Source of the DNA: an uncultured Thermodesulfovibrio sp.
GTDB lineage: Bacteria > Nitrospirota > Thermodesulfovibrionia > Thermodesulfovibrionales > JdFR-85
Direction of reading: 5' to 3'
Assembly: GCA_964391515.1 (NCBI GenBank)
Contig: CAYMML010000003.1
Location: 1 to 46,646 of the forward strand
Length of the DNA: 46,646 nt
The notes below the pieces were generated by a model. It saw nothing but the letters and a program-made list of their open reading frames with translations. It had not been told where the DNA came from and did not search any database. Shown here in pieces: positions 35,155 to 43,700 of this stretch (position 1 is its first letter; each line of letters begins with the position of its first letter). Position numbers and translations under genes: made by a program.

Positions 35155-36117
35155 TCACTCCGTTTTCTTTTTTGCCCAGTCGTACTTTCTCCTCTTTCTC
35201 TTGTGAACATACTTATCCGCAGAAAGTGCCGCAACGCAACCATTTGCAGCGGCAATAACCACCTGCCTTACCTCGGTACAGGTCACATCACCGGCTGCAA
35301 ACACGCCCGGTATGTTTGTCTCCATCATCCTGTTTGTGATTATGCACTCCTCATCACTGAGGTCAACCGCAAAGTTAAGAAAATCCACCACAGGCCTGCT
35401 GCCGTGCAGATAGACAAACACCCCATCTACGGGGAGTTCTCCCTCATCGCCGGATTCCAGTTCCTTCAGTTTTATACTCTCCACCACCTCGTTTCCCTCT
35501 ATGGAACTCACTATAAACCCCGGGAGGAGTTCAAAATTTTCCTTTGACTTCACCTCTTCAAGTCTATCACTCTTTATATTACGGGATGGTGAGACAAGAT
35601 AGACCTTGCCGGCAAACCGGGTAAGCAGGTCTGCCTCCTTTACAGCCTCTTCAGACTCACCGATCACCGAGACCGTCTTACCCCTGAAAAATGCCGCATC
35701 ACAGATAGCACAGTAACTCACGCCCCTGCCAAGGAACTCCTTCTCCCCCTTTATAGTTGGCTTTCTGCCCATCGCCCCGGTGGCGATGATAACAGCCCTG
35801 CCCTTGAAATTCTTGTCCATCGTAAAGACCTCTTTCGGGTCTGTCTGGAGTGTTACCCCGATCACCTGCGCCTCCAGGTACTCTGCCCCAAACTCTACCG
35901 CCTGCTCACGGAAGATATTGAGAAGTTCCTTCCCCGATATGGGCTCCTTGAGCCCGGGATAGTTTTCGATCCTCTCCGTATAGGCAAGCGCCCCTGCGGT
36001 GGGGGATTTGTCTATCACAAGGGTCTTCAGGTTAGACCTTGCCGCATACTGTGCTGCAGAGAGCCCTGCCGGGCCGCCACCGATAATCAGTACATCGTAG
36101 ATCTCACTTTCCGTCAT
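35155..36117 (-). CDS. Thioredoxin-reductase-like flavoprotein with degenerate NADPH motifs
   Basis: 320 aa with FAD motifs IIGGGPAGLSAA and GVFAAGD and a redox CxxC (CAIC). The second dinucleotide motif reads VIGESEEA (E. coli TrxB GGGNTA), and HRR is replaced by SPS. The C-terminal tail is basic (KRKRRKYDWAKKKTE). Confidence 0.8.
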   Translation of the reverse strand: MTESEIYDVLIIGGGPAGLSAAQYAARSNLKTLVIDKSPTAGALAYTERIENYPGLKEPISGKELLNIFREQAVEFGAEYLEAQVIGVTLQTDPKEVFTMDKNFKGRAVIIATGAMGRKPTIKGEKEFLGRGVSYCAICDAAFFRGKTVSVIGESEEAVKEADLLTRFAGKVYLVSPSRNIKSDRLEEVKSKENFELLPGFIVSSIEGNEVVESIKLKELESGDEGELPVDGVFVYLHGSRPVVDFLNFAVDLSDEECIITNRMMETNIPGVFAAGDVTCTEVRQVVIAAANGCVAALSADKYVHKRKRRKYDWAKKKTE

Positions 36118-36130
36118 TATCCGAACCTCC

Positions 36131-37180
36131 TTAAAAGTATCTCAGTATGTTGTATCTGGTATCGCGCTGGGCAGGTCTGAAACCGGCCAACCTTATAGAG
36201 TTTATTATATCATCCTTTGTCACCCTGTATGAAACACCGGCCGCCCGCACCACATTCTCCTCAAGCATTGTGGAGCCGAAATCGTTTGCGCCAAACCTTA
36301 GTGCCACCTCAGCCATCTTGAGCCCCTGCGTAACCCATGAGGCCTGTATGTTAGGTATATTGTCCAAGTAGATTCTTGAAAGGGAAAGCACCCTGAGATA
36401 ATCAACACCGGTCATGGGACCTTCATACTCGGGGGTCCTCCTTGTGTATAACTCGGTATTTCCGGGCTGGAAACTCCAGGGGATAAAGGCGGTAAACCCA
36501 CCTGTTCTGTCCTGAAGTGACCGTATCCTTTCAAGATGCTCAACTATATCCTCAGCCGATTCGACCGTCCCGAACATCATGGTGGCAGTGGTCTTCATCC
36601 CGAGTTTGTGTGCCTCTTCCATCACCTCCAGCCACTGAGAAGAGGTTATCTTCCTGGGGCTTATCTTCTTTCTCACCCTGTCAGACAGCACCTCTGCACC
36701 GCCCCCTGGAATGGAGTCAAGCCCGGCATTGATGAGCCTCTTTAGAGTCTCCCTCAGACCAAGACCGGCTCTTTCAGCAATGTACCATATCTCAGGTGGT
36801 GAAAATCCGTGCAGGTTGATCTGGAAGTTCTCTTTTATATCCCTGATAAGGTTCAAATAGTAGTCAAGATCAAGGTCGGGGTGAAGCCCGCCCTGAAGCA
36901 GCACCTGTGTGCCCCCCTGCAAGATGGTCTCCTCTATCTTTTTGAAGAGTTCCTCTCTGCTTATCACATATGCATCGGGTGCATCTATGTCTCTGTAAAA
37001 GGCACAAAAACTGCACCGGTTTATGCAGACATTCGTGTAGTTGATGTTTCTGTCAACTATAAAGGTAACCACCCCCTCAGGGTGGTTTTTCTTCCTGACC
37101 GCATCGGCCATCTCACCAAGGACGAGGAGGTCTTCGGCATTGTAGAGATAAACCGCCTCTTCAGGGCTTATCCTGCTCAT
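36131..37180 (-). CDS. mqnC: Radical SAM menaquinone (futalosine pathway) enzyme, probably cyclic dehypoxanthinyl futalosine synthase MqnC
   Basis: 349 aa of the CofH/MqnC/MqnE family with the cluster motif CINRCSFCAF preceded by FIVDRNINYTNVC. The MqnC versus MqnE assignment is from remembered sequence patterns only. Confidence 0.6.
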   Translation of the reverse strand: MSRISPEEAVYLYNAEDLLVLGEMADAVRKKNHPEGVVTFIVDRNINYTNVCINRCSFCAFYRDIDAPDAYVISREELFKKIEETILQGGTQVLLQGGLHPDLDLDYYLNLIRDIKENFQINLHGFSPPEIWYIAERAGLGLRETLKRLINAGLDSIPGGGAEVLSDRVRKKISPRKITSSQWLEVMEEAHKLGMKTTATMMFGTVESAEDIVEHLERIRSLQDRTGGFTAFIPWSFQPGNTELYTRRTPEYEGPMTGVDYLRVLSLSRIYLDNIPNIQASWVTQGLKMAEVALRFGANDFGSTMLEENVVRAAGVSYRVTKDDIINSIRLAGFRPAQRDTRYNILRYF

Positions 37181-38256
37181 GCCCGTACCTCCCCATAATA
37201 CCTGACCTGGTTGTAAAGTGAGTCCCTCTCAACAGGTATCCTGCCTGCCCTCCTGATCAACCGGATTATCTCTTTAGGTGTAAGCCCCTCAGAGGATCTT
37301 GCACCTGCGGCATGAGTGATCCGCTCCTCAAGAACCGTCCCCTCCAGATCATCCGCCCCGAAAAGGAGTGATACCTGTGCAAGTTTCTCCCCCAGCATGA
37401 TCCAGTAAGCCTTTATGTGCGGGATGTTATCAAGAAATATCCGGCTAATGCCGATGGTCTTCAGGTCTTCAATGCCCGATGCCCCTGTTCCTCCTATCTC
37501 AGTGTTTTGGGGGTGATATGAAAGGGGTATGAAGGCCTGAAACCCGCCGGTCTCGTCCTGTAACTCCCTCAGTCTCAAGAGGTGATCCACCCGATCCTCA
37601 TAGGACTCAAGGTGTCCGTAGAGCATGGTTGCATTGGTAGGTATCCCAAGCAGGTGAGCGCTTCGGTGTATCTCAAGCCACCGGTTTCCGGAAATCTTCT
37701 CCGGACAGAGTTTGGAGCGGACACCTGCACTGAAAATCTCCGCCCCACCCCCTGGCATTGCATCAAGCCCTGCATCTTTGAGCCTCTGTAGGGTATCTTT
37801 AACCGTAAGGCCAGACTTCTTCGAGAGGTAGTCCACCTCTACGGCAGTAAACCCCTTTATATGTATTGTGGGAAACCTCCCTTTGATCCCCTTAAGTATG
37901 TCTTCGTAGTACTCAAGCCCCCATTCAGGATGTAGCCCCCCCACTAAATGAACCTCCCTTAACTCCTCCCCGCCGGTTTCAATCTTCTCAATAATTTCCT
38001 CAGGCGAGAGTTCATATGCACCGTCCTCCTGAGGGGATCTGCTGAAGGCGCAAAACCTGCATCGGTTAACACATATGTTGGTGGGGTTAATGTGACGGTT
38101 TCTTACGAAAAATACCCTCTTATGGTGGAGGTTCTCGGCAACCAGGGAAGCAAGTCTGCCTATGCGGTGAACCTCTTTAGACTCAAAGAGATGGAGCGCC
38201 TCATCAGGGGTTATCCTTTCACCCTGCTTGACCTTCTCCTCTATCCTTGAAAACAT
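37177..38256 (-). CDS. mqnE: Radical SAM menaquinone (futalosine pathway) enzyme, probably aminofutalosine synthase MqnE
   Basis: 359 aa, paralogous to the downstream gene, with CVNRCRFCAF preceded by FVRNRHINPTNIC. Its stop overlaps the next start by 4 nt. Confidence 0.6.
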   Translation of the reverse strand: MFSRIEEKVKQGERITPDEALHLFESKEVHRIGRLASLVAENLHHKRVFFVRNRHINPTNICVNRCRFCAFSRSPQEDGAYELSPEEIIEKIETGGEELREVHLVGGLHPEWGLEYYEDILKGIKGRFPTIHIKGFTAVEVDYLSKKSGLTVKDTLQRLKDAGLDAMPGGGAEIFSAGVRSKLCPEKISGNRWLEIHRSAHLLGIPTNATMLYGHLESYEDRVDHLLRLRELQDETGGFQAFIPLSYHPQNTEIGGTGASGIEDLKTIGISRIFLDNIPHIKAYWIMLGEKLAQVSLLFGADDLEGTVLEERITHAAGARSSEGLTPKEIIRLIRRAGRIPVERDSLYNQVRYYGEVRA

Positions 38257-38277
38257 CTACTATTATAACCCAAATGC

Positions 38278-39390
38278 TCACGTTACCTGCTCCCTGAACC
38301 CGCAGACCCGGTTTCTACCCGTCCGCTTTGCAAGGTATAGCGCCTTATCTGCAGCATTAAGGAGGTCGTCCTTGGTAAGTGCATCATCAGGAAATGATGC
38401 CACCCCGATGCTCAGAGTTACCACCGCCTGCTCCCCGTTTAGTTTTAACTCATGTGACTCAGAGGCAAGCCTTATCCTTTCCGCCACAATCACAGCCCCA
38501 TCAAAACTCACCTGTGGAAGGATAACAGAAAACTCCTCACCCCCGTACCGGGCAGCAAAGTCTATGCTCCTTATATTTTCCTGAATTATGCACGCCACAC
38601 GCTTGAGAACCTCATCCCCCTTCAGGTGCCCGTAGGTATCGTTAAACTTCTTGAAGTGGTCGATGTCTATCATCAGTAGCGATAGCCTCTGTTTGAACCT
38701 CCGTGCCCTCTCCACCTCTTCACGAAGCCGCTCCTGGAAAGTCCGGTGGTTATTGAGCCCTGTAAGCCCGTCTGTGCTCGCCATCATCTTAATCTCCTCG
38801 TGAAACCTCACCTTCTCGATGGCTAAGGCGGCATGAAAGGAAAGTGAGAGCAACAGGTCTTCATCCTCCGCACTGAACTCCGGGGCATCCTTCTTGTCCG
38901 TGGCAATGAGTGCACCGATAACATCACCCCTCAGTATTATCGGCACCATCAAAATGCTACCGATCTCGGGATGGTTCGGGGGAAAGCCCATAAACAACTC
39001 GGAACTCTTCAGGTCTTTCAGCCTGATGCTCTCATAGCCGTTTATGACCCTGTCAAGCGTGCCGGTAAGTTCACACTTACAGTCACCCGTGGGGCCAAGA
39101 GAGGTGTAAAACTCCGATACCTTCTTGTACTTGTCAGTAAGAATCACCGCCGATTTTTCCGCCTTCAGCAGTTCCCTTATCCTGTCAACTATCAGTTCAA
39201 GTACATTCTCCATGTTGAGAGACTCATGAAGGGCGGCCGAAAACTCATTAAGGATATTCAACTCCCTGATGGTCTTCATATACCCGGCAACCTCGATGCG
39301 TTGCCTCTCAAGTGAGCGTTTTTGAGCTACCGCTGCAAGGATCAGAAAAATGCCAAAAACTGTCAATACTATGACAAAAATCAGGTTCAT
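38278..39390 (-). CDS. Membrane-anchored GAF-GGDEF diguanylate cyclase
   Basis: 370 aa with an N-terminal TM helix (LIFVIVLTVFGIFLILAAVA) and a GAF-like central domain. The GGDEF domain has RYGGEEF and an RxxD I-site (RSID) 5 residues upstream. Confidence 0.85.
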   Translation of the reverse strand: MNLIFVIVLTVFGIFLILAAVAQKRSLERQRIEVAGYMKTIRELNILNEFSAALHESLNMENVLELIVDRIRELLKAEKSAVILTDKYKKVSEFYTSLGPTGDCKCELTGTLDRVINGYESIRLKDLKSSELFMGFPPNHPEIGSILMVPIILRGDVIGALIATDKKDAPEFSAEDEDLLLSLSFHAALAIEKVRFHEEIKMMASTDGLTGLNNHRTFQERLREEVERARRFKQRLSLLMIDIDHFKKFNDTYGHLKGDEVLKRVACIIQENIRSIDFAARYGGEEFSVILPQVSFDGAVIVAERIRLASESHELKLNGEQAVVTLSIGVASFPDDALTKDDLLNAADKALYLAKRTGRNRVCGFREQVT

Positions 39391-40373
39391 CCGTTCTCCT
39401 CAACAAACCTCTTTATAACCCTTCTCACCCCTTCATCATAAACGAGTCTGAGATGGTTGAGATAAAATGTCTCCCTGTAAGGAGCACCTAAACAATGGGC
39501 ACTCTCCACACTTACAAGCCCATCCCCTTTCAGGTCTCTCCATTCATCCGGCAGAAGCCTCTCAGGCAGTATCCGCCCTATAATGTCCGGAAAGGAAAAC
39601 ACCTCTTTATAATATATTAAACAACTTTCATTTTTGCTTAAGCAATTTTTATGCCACTTATACACAGTAAAGAGTGTTGGTTCTGTTCCCCCTATGGTAA
39701 GAAGCGGGATACCCTTTAGTGCCTCACTGTTCAGGGAATTGAGAAATTCAGAGTCCGGCAGTAGTTCCTTCATAGCCTTACTCGTTACCAGTTGTATCAC
39801 CCGTCTGATGGCATCTCTAACGGTACCCTCCTCGGTCTTTCCCAGAAGTTTGAGAAAATGTTCACCAAGGCCATAGAGTGTGTCTCCAACCCTCGCTATC
39901 CTGCTTCCGGCATGGGGTGTGCCTATGGTTATCAGGCCTGATACCCTGAACCTGCCTGACTGTATAGCCCCTCTTGCAATCAGGCCGCCCCTGCTATGCC
40001 CGATGAAAAGGATTCTCTTTCTTCCCACCCCTATGCTATCAAGAATACCAATGAGTTCATCGATGAGTACCTCCGCCTCTGCAAGGGGTCTTTTTTGTGA
40101 ATAGACAACCACCGGATAACCCTCATCCTCAAGTTCCCTTACCGACGTATAAAGCCTTTCCGGGGGTCTTCCGGTAGAAAATCTACCTTCAGGGGGTTCG
40201 GTGTTTGGATCTGGCGGGTCAGAAAGGAAAACCGTTAATGGGTAACTTCCTCCAATGACTCTGCAGTTTTCCGGCCTGAGCCAGAAATCGCCGCTCATAC
40301 CAAGGCCGTGTATGAATACAAGGAGGGGCTCGTCTTTGCTTCCCTCCCTGAAATACAAAGGGAGGTCATTCAA
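39387..40373 (-). CDS. Alpha/beta-fold hydrolase (lipase/esterase-like)
   Basis: 328 aa with the oxyanion-region sequence LVFIHGLGMSGDFW, nucleophile elbow GHSRGG, and candidate Asp/His in …DGLVSVESAH…. Its stop overlaps the GGDEF start by 4 nt. Confidence 0.75.
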   Translation of the reverse strand: MNDLPLYFREGSKDEPLLVFIHGLGMSGDFWLRPENCRVIGGSYPLTVFLSDPPDPNTEPPEGRFSTGRPPERLYTSVRELEDEGYPVVVYSQKRPLAEAEVLIDELIGILDSIGVGRKRILFIGHSRGGLIARGAIQSGRFRVSGLITIGTPHAGSRIARVGDTLYGLGEHFLKLLGKTEEGTVRDAIRRVIQLVTSKAMKELLPDSEFLNSLNSEALKGIPLLTIGGTEPTLFTVYKWHKNCLSKNESCLIYYKEVFSFPDIIGRILPERLLPDEWRDLKGDGLVSVESAHCLGAPYRETFYLNHLRLVYDEGVRRVIKRFVEENG

Positions 40374-40598
40374 CTATGCCTCCCGGGAGTTCTCCTTTAT
40401 CTTCTTCAGTATCTCCGGAAGTTCGCTCTTACATTCGGGGTACTTTCTGCTGAGAAACACCTTTATTGCCCGCATCTCAAGCCGTATCTCACTCAGGGAG
40501 TCTAACCTTTCAGAGAGTTTCTGTATCTCTGCAGTAAGGGTCTGTATCTCCTTCTCAAGGAGTCTTATTCTCTCTTCCATTATCTTTTCCTCTCGCAT
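40374..40598 (-). CDS. Small coiled-coil protein, unknown function
   Basis: 74-aa ORF rich in heptad-like E/K/L/I (EERIRLLEKEIQTLTAEIQKLSERLDSL). It abuts the hydrolase start with no gap. I recognise no family. Confidence 0.5.
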   Translation of the reverse strand: MREEKIMEERIRLLEKEIQTLTAEIQKLSERLDSLSEIRLEMRAIKVFLSRKYPECKSELPEILKKIKENSREA

Positions 40599-40626
40599 TT
40601 ATTAACCCTTCAAAGAAGCACCACGA

Positions 40627-40713
40627 TTATCTCTTGTGCTTCATTCTCCTTCTGAGTTTTTTGTGTTTGTGCTTGTTGATCTTCCGCTTCCTCCACTTTT
40701 TAACACTCCCCAT
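40627..40713 (-). CDS. Unannotated 28-aa ultra-basic ORF, bS22 (AURKAIP1/COX24-like) ribosomal-protein-like
   Basis: Not in the supplied track because it is too short. The ATG at 40713 is preceded by AGGAGG 7 nt upstream (inside the end of the 1402-aa gene). It translates as MGSVKKWRKRKINKHKHKKLRRRMKHKR (18 of 28 residues K/R, plus 3 His) with TAA at 40629-40627. The N-terminal MGSV.KK.RKR…KH.KL.RR pattern matches my memory of actinobacterial bS22. Confidence 0.6.
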   Translation of the reverse strand: MGSVKKWRKRKINKHKHKKLRRRMKHKR

Positions 40714-40717
40714 TCCA

Positions 40718-43700
40718 TCACCTCCTTCCGTCTTGGTTTTTCATGTCTCTTACCCTTCTTGCCTGCTCCATGAAAGCCTCCATCTGAAGGCTCACCGTGG
40801 GGGACTCTGTCCCATCATAGGGGATGCTTATAAAGGGAACCCCGTAGGTCTCTGATATACCATTCATTATAGCCGTTACAACAGTTCCCGGCATACACCC
40901 GAAGGGCATGGCGTTTATTATACCTGAAGCACCCCTTTCGATCATATCAATCGCCTTGCCGATGCTCAAAACCGCCTCACCCTCGAACGAGTCGTCCAGA
41001 TAGGGAGAGGCCTTCTTCAGCACCACAGGGGTATCAGGCTCATGCGCCGTCCGTAGAAAGCCCTCAACCTCTTTTTCGTATCTTCTGGATACCCTTTTCT
41101 GGTAAAACTTTTTCAAAAAGAACTGTATAATACCAGAACGGTCAAATTTTCGCAAGGCCTTCCTGAGTGACATGTGGTTAATGTAGTAAATCCACTCATC
41201 CACAGGTGATAGCCATGCCTCACCGCCGAGTGCCTCTATCTTTCTTACGAGATCCTCATTGGAAAACCTGTTAGACCTTACAAATATCTCCCCCACTATG
41301 CCGATGACTGGTCTCCTTTCATCCCCTCCCTTAAGTGCATTAAACTCCACCGCCGCCTCTTTAAGTAACTTCTCCACATCACCGTTTGACCGGCTTCGTA
41401 GCATGGTCTTTAGTCTTTCCAGATAATGCTCATACACCCTCTGGGTCTCACCGTCCTGCCTCTCGTACGGACGGGTCTCATGGAGAAGTTTGGTAAGCAG
41501 GTCTATTGCAACTATCCCCTGCCATGACCTCTTTATAAAATCATTTCCCACCACCCCGAGGTCTGTATAGAAACTCACATCCTGAACCGGGGAGAAGATT
41601 GGAACGTCTTTAAAGCCAAGATCGGCAAGTATCATCCGCTGAAACAGGTTATACTGCCCGAAACGACAGGGCCCTGTCCCGGAGGGCATAAAAAAGGCGG
41701 ACTCATCGGGGTTGAAATCACTGGAAAGGACCTTTTTGAGCATGTCACCCGTGGTGACCGCACAGGGGTAACACTCCTTACCGGAGACATACCTCCTTCC
41801 GATGGCTATCGCCTCGGCATCGGTCCTGGGAAGGACCTCGGCAGGCACACCCACATACTCAAAGGCTGCCTCAATTGCGTAGGCGTGGTCGGACATGGGG
41901 GGGATATATATCCTCCTTCTCCTTCCGTTACCCTTTCCATTTAACTCCACCTGTGTCCTCTTCGGAATCAGGACCTTTGGTTTCTTCTTCCTTCCAGACT
42001 CCCTCTGTGCCATAAGACTGTCAAGAAACGCCTCACACCTGGTTATGGCACCGGCATCGGCGGAGTGCTCGTCTATCTCTATATGAAGGAGAGGCTTTGA
42101 ACCAAGTTCACGCTCAAGGTATTTGATAATGAAAGAATCCGGTCCACAGGAGAAGTTGCCAATGAGGATCGGGTAGAGGTCATCACGCCCCTTTATATAC
42201 CTTGCTGCAGAAAGTATCCTCTGCCCAGACCGCCAGTACATGTCTGGCCAGTCATCGTATATGTCAGGGGTGGGCAGAAAGTCCATAGGGATAGCAAGGA
42301 CATCAAGGGTTGCAAGTTTCCTCGGGATATCAAGATTTACACCCCTGTCAAAGGCATTGTAGGGCCTGCCAAAGACCACCACCTTTACCCGCTCGGCCTC
42401 TGAAAGCACATCCCCTGCCTTTCTGCTTATCTTTTCATAAAACTCCCTCTGTGCAGATAATGCCTTTTTAAATGCCCTCTCAATAGTGGAGGTTTCCACA
42501 TCCTCCCTCTTAAAAACCCTTTTCAGTTCACGGCAGAGGGCCTTCTCACCGCTCTTTACATTCACAACAGGAGCAATCACCCTCGCCTCCGGGAAGGCAA
42601 CCCTTATCTGGTATGGAAAACTCTGTGTAAGTGGGCATGCATGGCCACGCTCATACCTGCTCTCAGGGGGTGCCATGTTTATAAAACTGGGTATCAGGAG
42701 TTGGTCTATCCCCCTTTCAAGTAGGTCTCTTACATGGCCATAGCCTACCTTTACGGGAAAACATGTGTCGGCAAGCACCTTCTCAACCCCCAACTCTACC
42801 ACCCGGGCATTAGTCTCTGAAGAGACAACCGGTTCATACCCCAGTTCCCACATAAGTGTGCTCCAGAATGGCAGAAAGTCATGGAAAAAGAACACAAAGG
42901 GTATCCCGATCCTTCCCCTGGTAGGGCTTATCCCACCCTCCTGAAGCATCTTCTGGTAGTGCCTGTGTGGCTCAAGGAGTGCATCCATTCTGTATCTGAA
43001 CAGATCGGGTAGGTTCTCTCCACGCCTCCTCCTGATATCGTATTTTTCACACCTACCGCCGTAGAAGAGATACCCGCTTTCACCCTCTATCTTCACCCTG
43101 TTTATCTCACAGTGGTTCTCACACCCCTTACACTCAAAAGAACTCACCTCGTATGGTCTGTTTGCAAGGTCAAACCCCTTAAAGGTTGAACTGCCGGGGT
43201 TTTTGTCCCTGAACTCCTTTGCTATTAGTGCCATACCGATTGCACCGGTCACATCATGGTTAGGGGGAACGGTGATCTCCCTTCCAAGGAACTTCTCAAA
43301 GGCGGCCACAACCGCCTTGTTGAAGGCGGTGCCTCCCTGGAAGAATATCCTTTCCCCGATGTTACGGCCTGCCACAACCCGGTTTATATAGTTTTCCACT
43401 ATGGAGTACGAAAGCCCGGCAAGGAGATCCTCTCTGGATGCCCCCCTCTGGAGGTTTGACATGAGGGAGTTTTCCATAAAAACGGTGCACCGCTCACCAA
43501 GCCTGCAGGGCGATGAAGACCTGAAGGCGGTTTCGGCAAACTCCCCCTTTATGGAGACATCGAGTTTCTCAGCCTGCTCCTCAAGAAAAGAGCCTGTGCC
43601 TGCTGCACATGCCTTGTTCATCTCAAAGTCAACTATGATCCCATCCTTGAGAGATATGTACTTCGAGTCCTGCCCGCCTATCTCGAAGATGGTATCCACC

